A program made the translations under genes and the position numbers. A stretch of DNA of 64,000 nt from positions 173,910,001 through 173,974,000 of the forward strand of contig OZ038378.1 in the NCBI GenBank assembly GCA_964036045.1. Direction: 5' to 3'. Positions within the stretch are counted from its first letter, which is position 1, and each line of letters starts with the position of its first letter. The notes under the pieces were generated by a model. The model was given only the letters and a program-made list of their open reading frames with translations, did no database searches and was not told where the DNA came from. Source of the DNA: Eutreptiella sp. 'Long Island Sound 2002'. Taxonomy: Eukaryota > Protista > Euglenida. Positions 12,881 to 24,119 of this stretch are shown piece after piece.

Positions 12881-14470
12881 AAAGACACAGGGAGGGCAGC
12901 CACTGGACCATGCCGCAGGCATGGGTGGCAGGGCACACATTCGCATGGTACCACAAAGGGCGTAGGGTGATGGGCATAAAGCGCATGGTCAGGGACAGCA
13001 TGGTGCAGGCAGGAGACTCAGTGCCGTCCGAACAGGGGTACACACCAATGGAGCATGTGCAGGAGAGAAGAGAGGATGCCAGCCTACGACACCAGTGGGC
13101 TCAGTGTACATTTCGCCATCCCAGAGACCAGGCGAGTGCCCTGTTAGCGGCATTTTTTGAAAACACCAGGGACATGTACATAGACACGGAAGGACACGGA
13201 GAATGTGAAGCGTGTAAGGGAACATATGCATGCAGAGTGACACATGCACACCAGAGATGCCCCAACCTGTGGCACAGTGTCGTACAGGGCATGGGGGCTA
13301 TTGCGCGAGTGTGCAAAGAACACACCAAGCGGGGGGTACAAATACGCCAGGTGTGGGGGGGGGGGGGTACAACTCACGGGACAGGGCACCACAGTGCTAC
13401 TGCTATGGGTACCGCCTAAACACAGCTGGTGGTATGAGCAAAGCATGCACACAGAGGGTATCACCCTGTGGCCCATGTACACAGCGTCGGTACCCAGCAC
13501 GGATGTGGTGGCGGCGATGCAAGTGCTCAGTGTGGAGCCCGCACGCCACCTATGTTTACGCATCATGCACACGCAAGGCATGTATATATGGCATACAGCG
13601 ACTGCAGACACAGAGCTGTGGAGAGAGTATTGGGCCCTGCCTGCAGGGCAACACTACGCGGCTATGATGCATACAGATGACAGGTGCAGGTACCAGGAAG
13701 GGGAGGGGCAAGAGACCACCATCCCAGCACCACTGCTATGGGCATTGCTCGCAGCAGTATGGGGAACAAAAGTGCGGATGGCAGCAAAGGGGGTACAGAA
13801 CATGCGGCTGTGCAGCATCCAACATGCAGCGTGGGGTTCCCACAAAAGGATAGGAAGCCTACCCCTAGGGGGCTTACAAAGGGTAACGGCGCCACCCTTT
13901 GGGATGGGCCTGTGCTACATAGCAGTCACCAAGGGAGGAGTGACACCGCAGCAGAAGCAGTGGTATGAGAGGGCAGAAGCCCAATGCAGGGTGATGCGAC
14001 GAGTAGTATGGGAGGGACACGGTGCATACATGGTCATGTGCCTAACCGGGGGGGCCCAGGCGACAGAATGGGCCCATGCAGTGCAACAAGCGATTGACCG
14101 TGTGCAGATGACATAACCTCACTGTCCTGCAAGTGGCAAGGGAGGAGCCAAACGACACCTCCAGTATCCGCAAGCAAGAATGTGGGGCCCCACACCATGG
14201 GGCAACCAGGGAAAAGGGAAGGGTAAAGGGTGGCAATGGTGAAAGCAATGGTGAAAGCAGCGCACATGCACAGACAATAAGCCCGTACGTGGATGCATGG
14301 AAGAATGAATGAATGCGACCGCTCAGTGCGTGCTCCAGTGCGTGTGCCGGGTAAGGGATGAGGAGGGAATGCAGTGATAAGCCGAGGAAACACAGCAAAA
14401 GCAACGGGCCCTGGGCAGACGGTGTAGCGCACCGGAACAAGCGCAGTGCATCCATCCATCCATCCATCCA

Positions 14471-14893
14471 TCCTCCCTTCCTCCCCTCCTCCCCTCCTCC
14501 CTTCCTCCCTTCCTCCCTTCCTCCCTTCCTCCCTTCCTCCCCTCCTCCCTTCCTCCCTTCCTCCCTTCCTCCCTTCCTCCCTTCCTCCCTTCCTCCCTTC
14601 CTCCCTTCCTCCCTTCCTCCCTTCCTCCCTTCCTCCCTTCCTCCCTTCCTCCCCTCCTCCCTTCCTCCCCTCCTCCCTTCCTCCCTTCCTCCCTTCCTCC
14701 CTTCCTCCCTTCCTCCCTTCCTCCCTTCCTCCCCTCCTCCCTTCCTCCCTTCCTCCCTTCCTCCCTTCCTCCCTTCCTCCCTTCCTCCCCTCCTCCCTTC
14801 CTCCCCTCCTCCCTTCCTCCCTTCCTCCCTTCCTCCCTTCCTCCCTTCCTCCCTTCCTCCCTTCCTCCCCTCCTCCCTTCCTCCCTTCCTCCC
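14471..14893. repeat. Octamer microsatellite (CCTTCCTC/CCCTCCTC)n, right block
   Basis: About 420 bp of the same 8-mer as 5870-6524, running into the polypyrimidine tract of the acceptor at 14941. Confidence 0.97.
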
Positions 14894-14941
14894 CCCTCTC
14901 TCCCTCCCGCTTGCCTACTGCACCCCCTTCCTCCTCCCCAG

Positions 14942-15309
14942 GCCGGCTTAGCGGAGGTGCTCGGGACGCTGTGCCAAGTCAACGACCAGTGCACGGAATT
15001 GGTCGTGGAGCGCGACACCCGAGAGAAGGAGCTGCACGACCGTGGGCTGAGGCTGCAGTCCCTGAAGGCCGAGTGTGCTGCGCAGAGGGAACGACTTGCA
15101 GAGGCTTTGGGGACGGGCCGCAGAGGCTATGGATCACAGTTGGCGCTCCTGGAAGCGGAGCGGCATCGGCCACCCACGGGGGTAGTCACCATATGCCACA
15201 CTTCCATCCAACACACGCAGGAGATGTGGACGAAGGACCCGGAGCCAATGCTGTTGGCCGTGCGGCGCTGCTTCGAGATCCTGCGGACGGAGCTCGCGAA
15301 GTGCGACGG
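14942..15309 (+). CDS. Exon: coiled coil plus N-terminal part of a class III nucleotide-cyclase-like domain
   Basis: CCCCAG| acceptor and GG|GTGTGT donor. PPTGVVTICHTSIQHTQEMWTKDPEPMLLAVRRCFEILR resembles the kinetoplastid-type cyclase start (PTGxVTLVFTDIxxSTxLWxxxPxxM). Confidence 0.75.
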
Positions 15310-17024
15310 GTGTGTTCCTCTTTGCAGCCAGTACCAAAGGAGGCCAAAATACAAAGAGTAATTGTGGAAATATTTGGGGAACTTGCAGCGCGGCTGTTCA
15401 GGAGGCTGCAGATTTGGAGCTGAAACATCAAAAGTAGGGTTGTTGCTGCCTGCCGCAATTCAGTGATCGCTAGGCCTGCGGTGCTGCGTGGTGCAGTATA
15501 ATGAAACGTAGGCCTGGAAAGTACAGGGGAACATCGAGGGCATCAAAGTCTGATAACAGAATGCTCAACCGCCAACTGCTGGGCCATGATTAAATTGAAT
15601 TTCAAGGGGCGAACGCAAAGTTTTAAAATGATTCTAGTGCCTTATGCCCCACAATTACAGACATCTTCGCAACAACTTGGGTACGCAATGAATTTCGGGA
15701 CTTTGGGATTTCAGCTTGCAGGAGCAGGTCGCCAGGAATTCAAGCAGGGTCACAGTCTGTGGCCTGAATGGGATGGTAGTCAGGGCTCCCCTACATGAAG
15801 AGTGGCACGTGGACATCGATTGACCTCTTTTCTGTGTCGCTTTCTTGCATGTACAAAAGCGGTTTCCGCATTTTTTCGATGCCAATTGTTTCCCACTCTG
15901 TTGACTTGATCCGCTGTCAAGTCTGTGCTGAAACACCACTCGACCGAAATAGATCCCCCACGGAATTTCGTTCCCCCGTTACGGGCGGTCCCGGTGCACT
16001 GGTGATCCGAATACGACGGGTGTCTGCCTCTGCCCCCAGGGGTAGATGGGGGAGCGCGTGCGACGCACCCTTTTGCCTGTTGCGTGGTGCGCAGTGAGCC
16101 ATCGCATCGGTGGTGCGCGGGGGATGACTATGCGGTCCCCTCATTTTCCCCGCGCGGGCTCAGCCGCTGTTGCATGCGTTGTCTGGACGTGTCGCGCAGC
16201 CCCCGCTCCCCCTTGTGCAAAGGGGATAAGAAAACGAGCCACGACCCGAAACTGTAGCAACACCAAATGGAAATGGGCTGCGGTCTCAAGCAGAACGTTG
16301 TGAGCAAAGCCTCGGTTGAGAGGCGTGGCCCACAGCCTCTCAACCCACTCATAAAACAGGCCATGAGAACTCCTTGACCACAAAAGTTGTGGTGAGAAGA
16401 CTGATTGTCAGGTGGCGTCGCCGTGCCGGGACAAGGCCGTGGTAGCGCCGATGGCGCGGGTGCAGTACCATGGAACGGCAAAATGTCTGTGTTGAGGAGG
16501 CGGAGCACGTGCACCTGCACATTGGTTGTGCACCTGCGCACCGAGCAAGGCACCGCGTTAGCCGAAACATTGGCTAGTGTCAGCTGGTCAGAAATTCTCC
16601 ATTTTTCCAGTCGGCTAGTTCAGCTTGCAAACGTGGGGGAAAGGTGGCGAGGCTGTGGAAAAATGAGAAAAGTGTGGGTTGGGGAAAATGGGGAATTTGT
16701 CTGAAATTGTCGCACTTTTCTACGATTTTCCTCCCATTTCCTACCAATTTCACACATTTCTTCCACATTTCCCATTTTGGCAATTTCTCACAATTTCCCA
16801 TTTCCGCCCATTTTTCTCTGTTTCCCCTTATTCCCCCCCATTTCCCCTCATTTTGCCACCATTTTTCCATTTTCCCCATCTTTCCGAGCCCCTGCAGCTC
16901 GCCGGCTAATTCGGCTGCGGCTAGCGCGGATGCTTGACCGAGGCGATCGATGCATCCCCTGGCCCCTGCCCGGTGCATGTGGCACGTCGTTGATGTGCGA
17001 TACACCCGCGAATTGCAACAACAG

Positions 17025-17287
17025 GCGCAACTTTCGAGCGACAGAGGACTCACTGAGCGTTGCCTTTCATGACCCGTTCCGGTGCCTGCAGTGGTGCACG
17101 CAGGTGCAGCTGGGGCTGATGGTTGCGGAGTGGCCGAAGGAATTGGGGAAGTACGAGCAGAGCAAGGTGGTGGCGGACGCAGAGAGCGGCCTGATCCTCT
17201 TTAACGGCCTGAGGGTCAGGATGGCGTTCACTTGCGGCGTCCCGATGCTTTCGGAGGACCCCGTCACTGGCGAATTGCTGTATACAG
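17025..17287 (+). CDS. Exon: central cyclase-like domain
   Basis: CAG|...|GTACC borders, in phase with both neighbouring exons. Translation RNFRATEDSLSVAFHDPFRCLQWCTQVQLGLMVAEWP...LFNGLRVRMAFTCGVPMLSEDPVTGELLYTG includes the GLRVRM and DPVT signatures. Confidence 0.85.
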
Positions 17288-17767
17288 GTACCGGGGCGCT
17301 GTGGTGTTGGTGTAAGGGAGAGTTACTGAATGGCGGCGGTGGGCTGCCGAATTCGTCCAGAACCAAAATGCGACCATTCTGCCTGCTAGGCCTGACAACG
17401 GGAACACTGTCCGTAACCGTGTGCGAAACAAACAACAGTTTGCATTCTTTCTGGGTGGCTGTGGTACCGCAGGTTTGTAGCGGGTGTGTAACGAAGTGTA
17501 ACGGGGTTGTGGCGGCTGTGTGCCAAAGCGGCATTCGGTTGTAACGGGTGTGTGGCAAAGTGTAACAGGGGGTGTAGCGAAATTCGATAGAAATGTAACA
17601 AAGTATAACGGAAGTGACAGGCTCACCCCTGCCACGCCCCATGTGATGGGCGCTGGTTACAGACCGCCCTTGCCCATGCCCCGCAGACCCATGGCTCAAG
17701 GAGTTCTCTGGCGTGTGCTGTGCACTGGGTGTGTGCAGAGCAGTACCCCACATCCCCCGTTACATAG

Positions 17768-18111
17768 GCCCCGTCCTGAACAAGGCCAGGTGCATCAGCG
17801 AGTTCGCTGCGGGGGGCGAGGTGTGCATGGGGCAGTGCGCCTTTGAGGTGCTGTGCTCCAGCAAAGTGCTGCTGAAGGACTACGTGGTCCGCATCAAAGG
17901 CGAGGAGTGCCTCGTGGATGGGGCCGTGGAGCGCATCATCAGCGTCACGCCACAGCAACTCGACCGCCGGTTCGACGGGAAGCAGCCGGAGCCCAGCCCC
18001 TCGCATCCGAATTCGCCTGCAGTGCGGAGTCTCCGGCAGACGCTTTTGGTGCGTGACATGCAGCACACGGTCGTTTCTGCGCAGCTGAAGACGCTGCGGG
18101 AGCAACACGAG
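17768..18111 (+). CDS. Exon: C-terminal part of the cyclase-like domain and start of a coiled coil
   Basis: TAG|...|GTCGTT borders, phase-compatible. GPVLNKARCISEFAAGGEVCM matches the GPxVNxAARxxxxAxGGQ motif. Confidence 0.85.
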
Positions 18112-20245
18112 GTCGTTGCCCGAACCCCCTGCACGACGTTGCGTCTCTGCCGTGGCGCGCTGCGTCCCTCGTTGATGTCCTCTACCCCCTGCACCACACT
18201 GCGTCTCTGCAATTCGAAAATTGTTCCCCAGTGCGGCGGGCGCGGGGGTACAGGGGAGAGGGAAATTTTGCCGTTAAGAAAAGGGGCGGAATCCCCCCCC
18301 GGCGGAATTTTCATGCGGTGCCGGTGATCCATCCCCCCAAGCGGAACCATCCAGAGCCCACCAGGACATAGCTGCTATGTCAGCAAATAGCAGCAAGATT
18401 CAGGATTCCTGGAGGTGGCGAAATTTTCCCCATCCGAAATCCTCCCTGTCGAAATTGTCCCCTGACCCCCCCCCCCCCCCCACCCATCGGTAGGGGAGCT
18501 TTGGGCCGGTAAAGGGTATTGGGGAAGGGGGTTAGGAATTGGGCCTCCGTGTCAGGGCTGCCTTGCCCGCGTTCTGCAGTGTTCGGTGTCATCATTCGAT
18601 GAGGAAATCAAAAAACCAGAAGAAGATGGCTGTACTCATGAGGGTGGTGCCGGTGGTGATTGGGTTTGCTTTGTTTTGCATGAATGGCGATACTCTGATA
18701 AGGAATGGTATTCTCGTGCGCTGCGGACCACTAAGAGACACCAACACTGCGCCATCCCTGTTTAGCGGAAGTCCCTAACGGACCGTGCTCCCGAATGGAC
18801 ACGTCACCTGCACCAACATCACGTGATACGTATGGTACATATTGTACCACGCAGATATGAAGAGGAGACCGTCTGCGTCTTCCACTGATGCTGGTATTGG
18901 GTGTCGCCCGTGTGTAGCAGAATTCAAGGCCGACCCCAACCGGGGCATGCAACCGAGGCGTGTTGAAAATTCTAGGCAGATGCGGGGCTTGAGGCGCTCG
19001 CAGCCCTGAGGGATGCCCCGCCTCTCCACTCTTGGTTTGAGTAGGTCCGTCATGAGGGGCGGCGGTGGGTCATCAGTAGAAGTTCGCATCTCGACAGAGG
19101 CGCTGCAGGCAGGCTTGTACGCAAAGTGCAGAGGCCAGTTGCTCTGCTCCATCTGCGGATGCTCCCGGTGTGGCTTCCGAAAGCATAACAAAGTGTAATG
19201 CTCCTGTCCTGGGGCACGTTGCATAACGTAACGGATGTGTGTGGCATGATGTCATGGATGTTCAGCAAAATGTAACGGGTTTGTAGTAAAATCCAACGGA
19301 TGTGTGTATCAAAATGAACGTATGTGTAGCAAAATGTCACCACAGCGGAACAACATATTTTCGAAGGGGCTGAAACAGACAAGGTTGGGGGCTGTGCTCT
19401 CAGAGAGACATGACATGTGTTCACACTGTGGCAGAGTAGGTGCCCTCGGAATCGCATTTTGAGCCATGTAGCCAAAGATATGGCCTATTCTTGGTTTGCC
19501 GCTGTCGGCATTTGGAGCTTCTGGGGGCCTTTTTGGGCCGTTTCCGGGACATATCATAGAGTTAGAGGGCCGCAAAGAGCTCGTTGACACGGGGAACCTC
19601 TCCAGCTCACCAAGCATGAACACCAGGTCTGGCACCTTCAATAGCGTCCCTGTGTAGAGCTCATACGCTGCCAGCACGTTCCACTGCTCCCGGACGTCAT
19701 GCACAAGCACTTGCGCGCCAAAGGTGCGCCTTCCATGCACACTGACACTCCAACTCAGGGCTGCCATTTATCAGCAGGATTTTTCTTTTTCTCTTTGTTT
19801 GCGTTTTTTCCCCCCTTCTTTTTTTTCACTAAGGACCGCCCTTATGGACAGCCCCCTGGAGGCGTGGTCAACGGCCAACCGTTAGTGGTGAGCCGGCACG
19901 GCGCTGAATGGCTAAAATTTGGTTCATTTGAAGGGTCATGTGTCATGTCTACACCAGTGACACCTTTCAGGTGGATGTACACTGCAAGACTTGCGGTGTG
20001 CAGTGCCACAGTGCGGGTTGCCCTCTCATGTCAGTGTTCGCATTTGTTGGGTCAAGTTTAAACCAACGATTTTTTTGGAAACAGAGTCACCCTGCTCCCA
20101 ATTTGAATCGAATGCGGTTGGTGCCGGTGATGCTCGGGCCCTTGCGGCACTGAAGGAACCATCCCTTCCGCCCACACTCCACCCGTCAAATTGCCCCGTG
20201 CACCCCATTACTCCCGGCACCGCCTCCTCTTTCGCCTGTCCCCAG

Positions 20246-20914
20246 GAGGCGCGGACCACGTACCGATCAGAGAAGGAAGAGCTGATGTTGGAGGTGCGCG
20301 ACATGGCACGGAAGCTGAACAAGCAAGTGTCCCTGAATCGGAAGTTGGACGCAGCAGTGGGGGAGCTGAAGCAGCGGCTTAATGAAGAACACGTCCCATT
20401 GGACATGGGCTCTGACAGTGAGTCCAACCATAGTGCCCGAAGCGCTGGGAATGCGTCTGACACGGGGGCGTCACGACGCCCAGGCAAGGGCCCGGACGAC
20501 AGCGCTGCCCAAGCGCAACCCAACGGGGAACCCCTGGACAAGGTTTCCGAGGGCGACGGTGCCCCAGCTGACGCGGATGCGGATTCATGCGAGGAGGATG
20601 CGGATCCGCGGGAAGAGGATGCGGATCCGCCGGAGGAGGATGCGGATCCGCGGGAGGAGGGTGCGGATCCGTGGGAGGAGGATGCGGATTCGCAGGAGAG
20701 GGATACACCGCAAGGTGAGCCTTTGGTGGGCGGAAGCACTGGTGCAGATGCCGCGCCCGATGCTGCGCATGGGCACTGCACTGAGAAATGCCAAGAGTGT
20801 CAGGATCACGCACTGCAGGTGGAGCACCTCCAACAGCTGTGCGCCGACAAGGACAAGGCCTATTGGATTGCGCAGAAGGAGCTTGCCAGCCTCCGGCAGC
20901 AGCTGGACTCCAAG
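20246..20914 (+). CDS. Exon: coiled coil and acidic repeat region
   Basis: CCCCAG| acceptor, phase 0 join LREQHE|EARTTYRSEKEELMLEV. It ends at QLDSK with a putative GC donor (AAG|GCATGG). Confidence 0.7.
20591..20695 (+). repeat. 21-bp coding minisatellite (EEDADP[R/P/W]) x5
   Basis: GAGGAGGATGCGGATCCGCGG units lie inside the exon. Confidence 0.9.
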
Positions 20915-23003
20915 GCATGGCCCTGCTTGTCCCTCTGCTGGTGCCAATGTTCGTTTGCCATGAACTGGTGCAGGCCCGAGCTGTGGCCAATGCGCCGTAC
21001 TCGGCGACGCGAGCTGCGCACGACCGGCAGTGTGCCTGAACCGAAACCACCTGGACCTGGGGGAACACGTGGTGCACGGCCGGGCATCAGAGACTGGGAT
21101 ATTGGATTCCCGTAGTTGAATTATACAACTGATTTCGGGCGGCAGGCGGCAGGTGGCTTTGGGGGGCCATGCGTTTTCAGATTGTACCAAAGGGCCCAGC
21201 ATTGAGCTATTGGAAGCTCCAAAGACCCACGGTGGAGAGTTCGCCCCCAGGGTCTGATACCCATGCTTGGAAACATGCAGTTGTGTCAGCCAGTGGTCCC
21301 CAGGAACAGGACGCATGCCCCGAAAACCCTCGTTGGTGTGCTGTTGGTTACCTCGTCGGTGGCTTCATCCTGCCATTATCAGTTAATGCGCATTTACTGG
21401 GATTGTCGAGTTTTCAACTCTCCTAGGAGTCGGGGGGGGGGGGGGGGGGGTTGGGTTGGGTTGGGCTGGCGGCCTCATGCAGGAGCAGGCCCTCGGGCGT
21501 GGGCGTCCTTCCCTGCCCTACCACGAGGCTGAACTGCCTGACTGTCCGGTTCCAAGGCCGAGCGGACTATCGACAGCCACCAGACCCCACCGAAGCGCAG
21601 GTGGGCGGAAGATACCGTCGTCCTGTGTGTAGGCGCGCGCGCGGGCCGGGCGTGGGCTGGGCGGCAGGGTGCTGGGCGCGCGGGGCTCGGTTCTCTGGCC
21701 ACTCACAGCGCACGTCGGGTCACACGGACTTGCCGCGCCTGGCCCACATGCTCTGGGCGCTGGGGCCCTGGGGTCTTGGTCTCCCCTCCCCCCCCCCCCC
21801 CCTTCCTTCTTCTCGGGGCGGGGTGTCACCGGGGGGGGGGGGCGTTGTTCCGGGGGGGGGGTTTCTGGTGTCCTAACAGGCAGGGCAGTCAGGAGGCACA
21901 CGCACAGCAGGGCACAACGCGGGGGATGCCTCTTTTAGTGCTGCAGCAGGTTCACGCCGTGGGTGGCAGCTCGCCGCGCAAGGGCCAAGCGTGCGGCACC
22001 CCCGGGCTGACGTAGAGCCACAGGTCCCGAATCGGGTGTGGCTGCATGGGTTCAAACAGAACCAGTGCCGCACTCCCAGGCGGTTCACCTGTGAGGAGGG
22101 CATAGCCTCCGGAGGAGCGCAGGGCGGTCAGTTCTGCCAGCTGAGCCTGTACCCAGGGCAGGCGCGTAGGTGGCGCTGCTAGCAGGGTAGTGGCCTCTGC
22201 TGGGTGCCAGTCTGGTTCAGCTGGAAGGGCCACCTGGAGGGGACCTGAGCAGCGCACGCGCCACTTGACCAGTCCGCGTACCAGTGAGGCTATAATTATA
22301 GAGTATTCTCAATTTAGACCGGTCTCCGCTTTGTCTGCGGACACTGTGAGGGGTCGGGGGGGGGGGGGGGGGGGCTGGAACCCCATGCAAATGGGGGGTT
22401 CTGGGAAAGAGGTTCCAATGATAGGGACCATTATTTTCATTGGCGCCGGATGGAACATCCTGTCAAGGGTGGCGTACCACACAAATGTCCGCGATGAATG
22501 CATGTCCACCACAGAATGATGTGAGAATGCCAAAATTTACAATTCTCCCCAGGGTTTGTGCATGCAAACCTGTCACAGACTGCAAATCAAGACTGAGTAT
22601 TGGGACCAAGCTGGTGGGGAAGGGAACATGGCGTGATGTCCACTATTTTACCAGCTCGATGAGCATCGCCCTAAAGGACCCTGTTGAAGGACATCCCCCA
22701 AGATGTCTCCATTTTCTTGTGCACTTCTTTGGTACTTGCCATTAGCGGGGGGGGAGTACTTGCCTTTCGTGCAAAAAAAACTTGGCACTCGCCGTTGCAG
22801 GAAAAAGAAAATCGCTCAACTTACAACAAAACAAATTACTTGGCTTTACAGCAAAAAGACTTTCTATTGATTGATGGAATATTCCCCACTATGGGGCCCC
22901 CTTAGACGGCAGGGGTTATGTAGCCACTTCGATTGCACATCGTTTTGTGGGCCCCAAGACGGCAAGGGTTTTGTTGCCACATTGATTCCTCCTTACCCTT
23001 TTC

Positions 23004-23711
23004 CATTCGTAAAGCATGTCATTTGCCCTTCGAAGGGCACCAGGAATGTGTAGTCCAGGTGGGGTTCATTCCAGAACGGCTGGTAGGTTGCCGTCTATTG
23101 CAACCGTTTACATGTTGTGTGACCTGCGCTTGTTGGTCGAGGTCTATTGTGCGGGGGCTGGGGGGAGAGGGGGGGGGGGGGGGGGGGGCTCGCAGTTTTG
23201 TGGGTGAGACTGAAATGCCTCCCCCTCTGCTCATATGGGCGTCCACTCCCCTGCCAGCGGTGGCAGGTTCAGGCATTCCTGCATGTGAAGTGGACGCCAC
23301 GGAGTGGGTTTGGAAAACGAGCGCCCGGTCCAGGGCCCGGAACGTGCGCCCTTCGAAAAGTGTTTGAGAACGGTTTGTTCCAAATGAAATGAGGGCACCA
23401 GTGACCATTTGTGGTGGCATAAGGGAACGTCAGGGTGCACATCCAAGCGCATTTTCCCAGACAAGCAGCGTGGAACCTCCGGAAGACATCCGAAGGGAAG
23501 TGGGGGGGGGGGTGCCTGGACAATAGGGGCCATCTCCACACGTTCTGCTAATCCAGGCTGTGTTCAGTGGGTTAAATCACTGCACCTCAAAATTCAAGGT
23601 CATGGGTATTGTACAGCATGTCTTTCCTCTATGGTAAAGAAGGATGCCGATTACTGTGCACGCCGGAGGCGGTAGGACTCTCTTTGAGGGGGCTATTGGA
23701 TGAAAGAAAAA
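23004..23711 (+). repeat. About 700-bp repeat, copy 1 of an inverted pair
   Basis: Near-identical to the reverse complement of 26671-27374. The same peptides appear on opposite strands in the ORF track. Confidence 0.9.
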
Positions 23712-24119
23712 TTAAAAGGCAAAGCAAGGAGCCCAAGAAGAAGTGCCATCTTACCACAGAACACGCTGAGGCAACTGCCAAAAACCGGTTGTCGGTAGAC
23801 CATCAACCGTCGGCGGTTGGTGGTCAACCATCAGCGGCACGGGGCTACCTGCCAGCGGCTATCTGGCTATCTGGGGGTGTCCGTCACAATGCAAACGCGA
23901 ACCATCCCTCAAGGTACGCCCTGTTGTAATGGGGACGGGGTGCAGGGCCAATGACAACAACAACAATTTGAGAGTGAGCCGTAGCATGACATCCGTTGCA
24001 TTCCGTGACCCACACGTCCCCCATGCCCCCCATCCCACAGCCCGCACCACCATAACCCTCTGGCCCCTGCCCCCCAGTGTCCCCCAGCCTCTGTCTACCT
24101 CCCGTCCGTCCTCCGCCAG

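Larger units (their letters stand above)
6562..14116 (+). pseudogene. LINE polyprotein reading frame, interrupted
   Basis: One frame runs 6562-10557 with in-frame TGA/TAG codons (6736, about 6754, 6775, 7030, 7522, 9106). Frameshifts occur at about 10500 (G run), 11310 and 13360 (G run), and there is a TAG at 12808. The frame ends at TAA 14114-16. Confidence 0.8.
6535..14473 (+). mobile_element. Near full-length non-LTR retrotransposon (APE + RT + RNase H + Cys/His motif), decayed, in a host intron
   Basis: Ordered APE, RT, RNase H and CxxC...HxxxxC motifs. The element ends in a (CATC)n tail (14449-14473) and is bounded on both sides by the same octamer microsatellite. Confidence 0.9.

Noticed and set aside
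14942-20246. Euglenid non-conventional introns
   Set aside because: All introns I could place confidently have GT-AG borders with consistent phase. Only the donor at 20915 deviates (GC).
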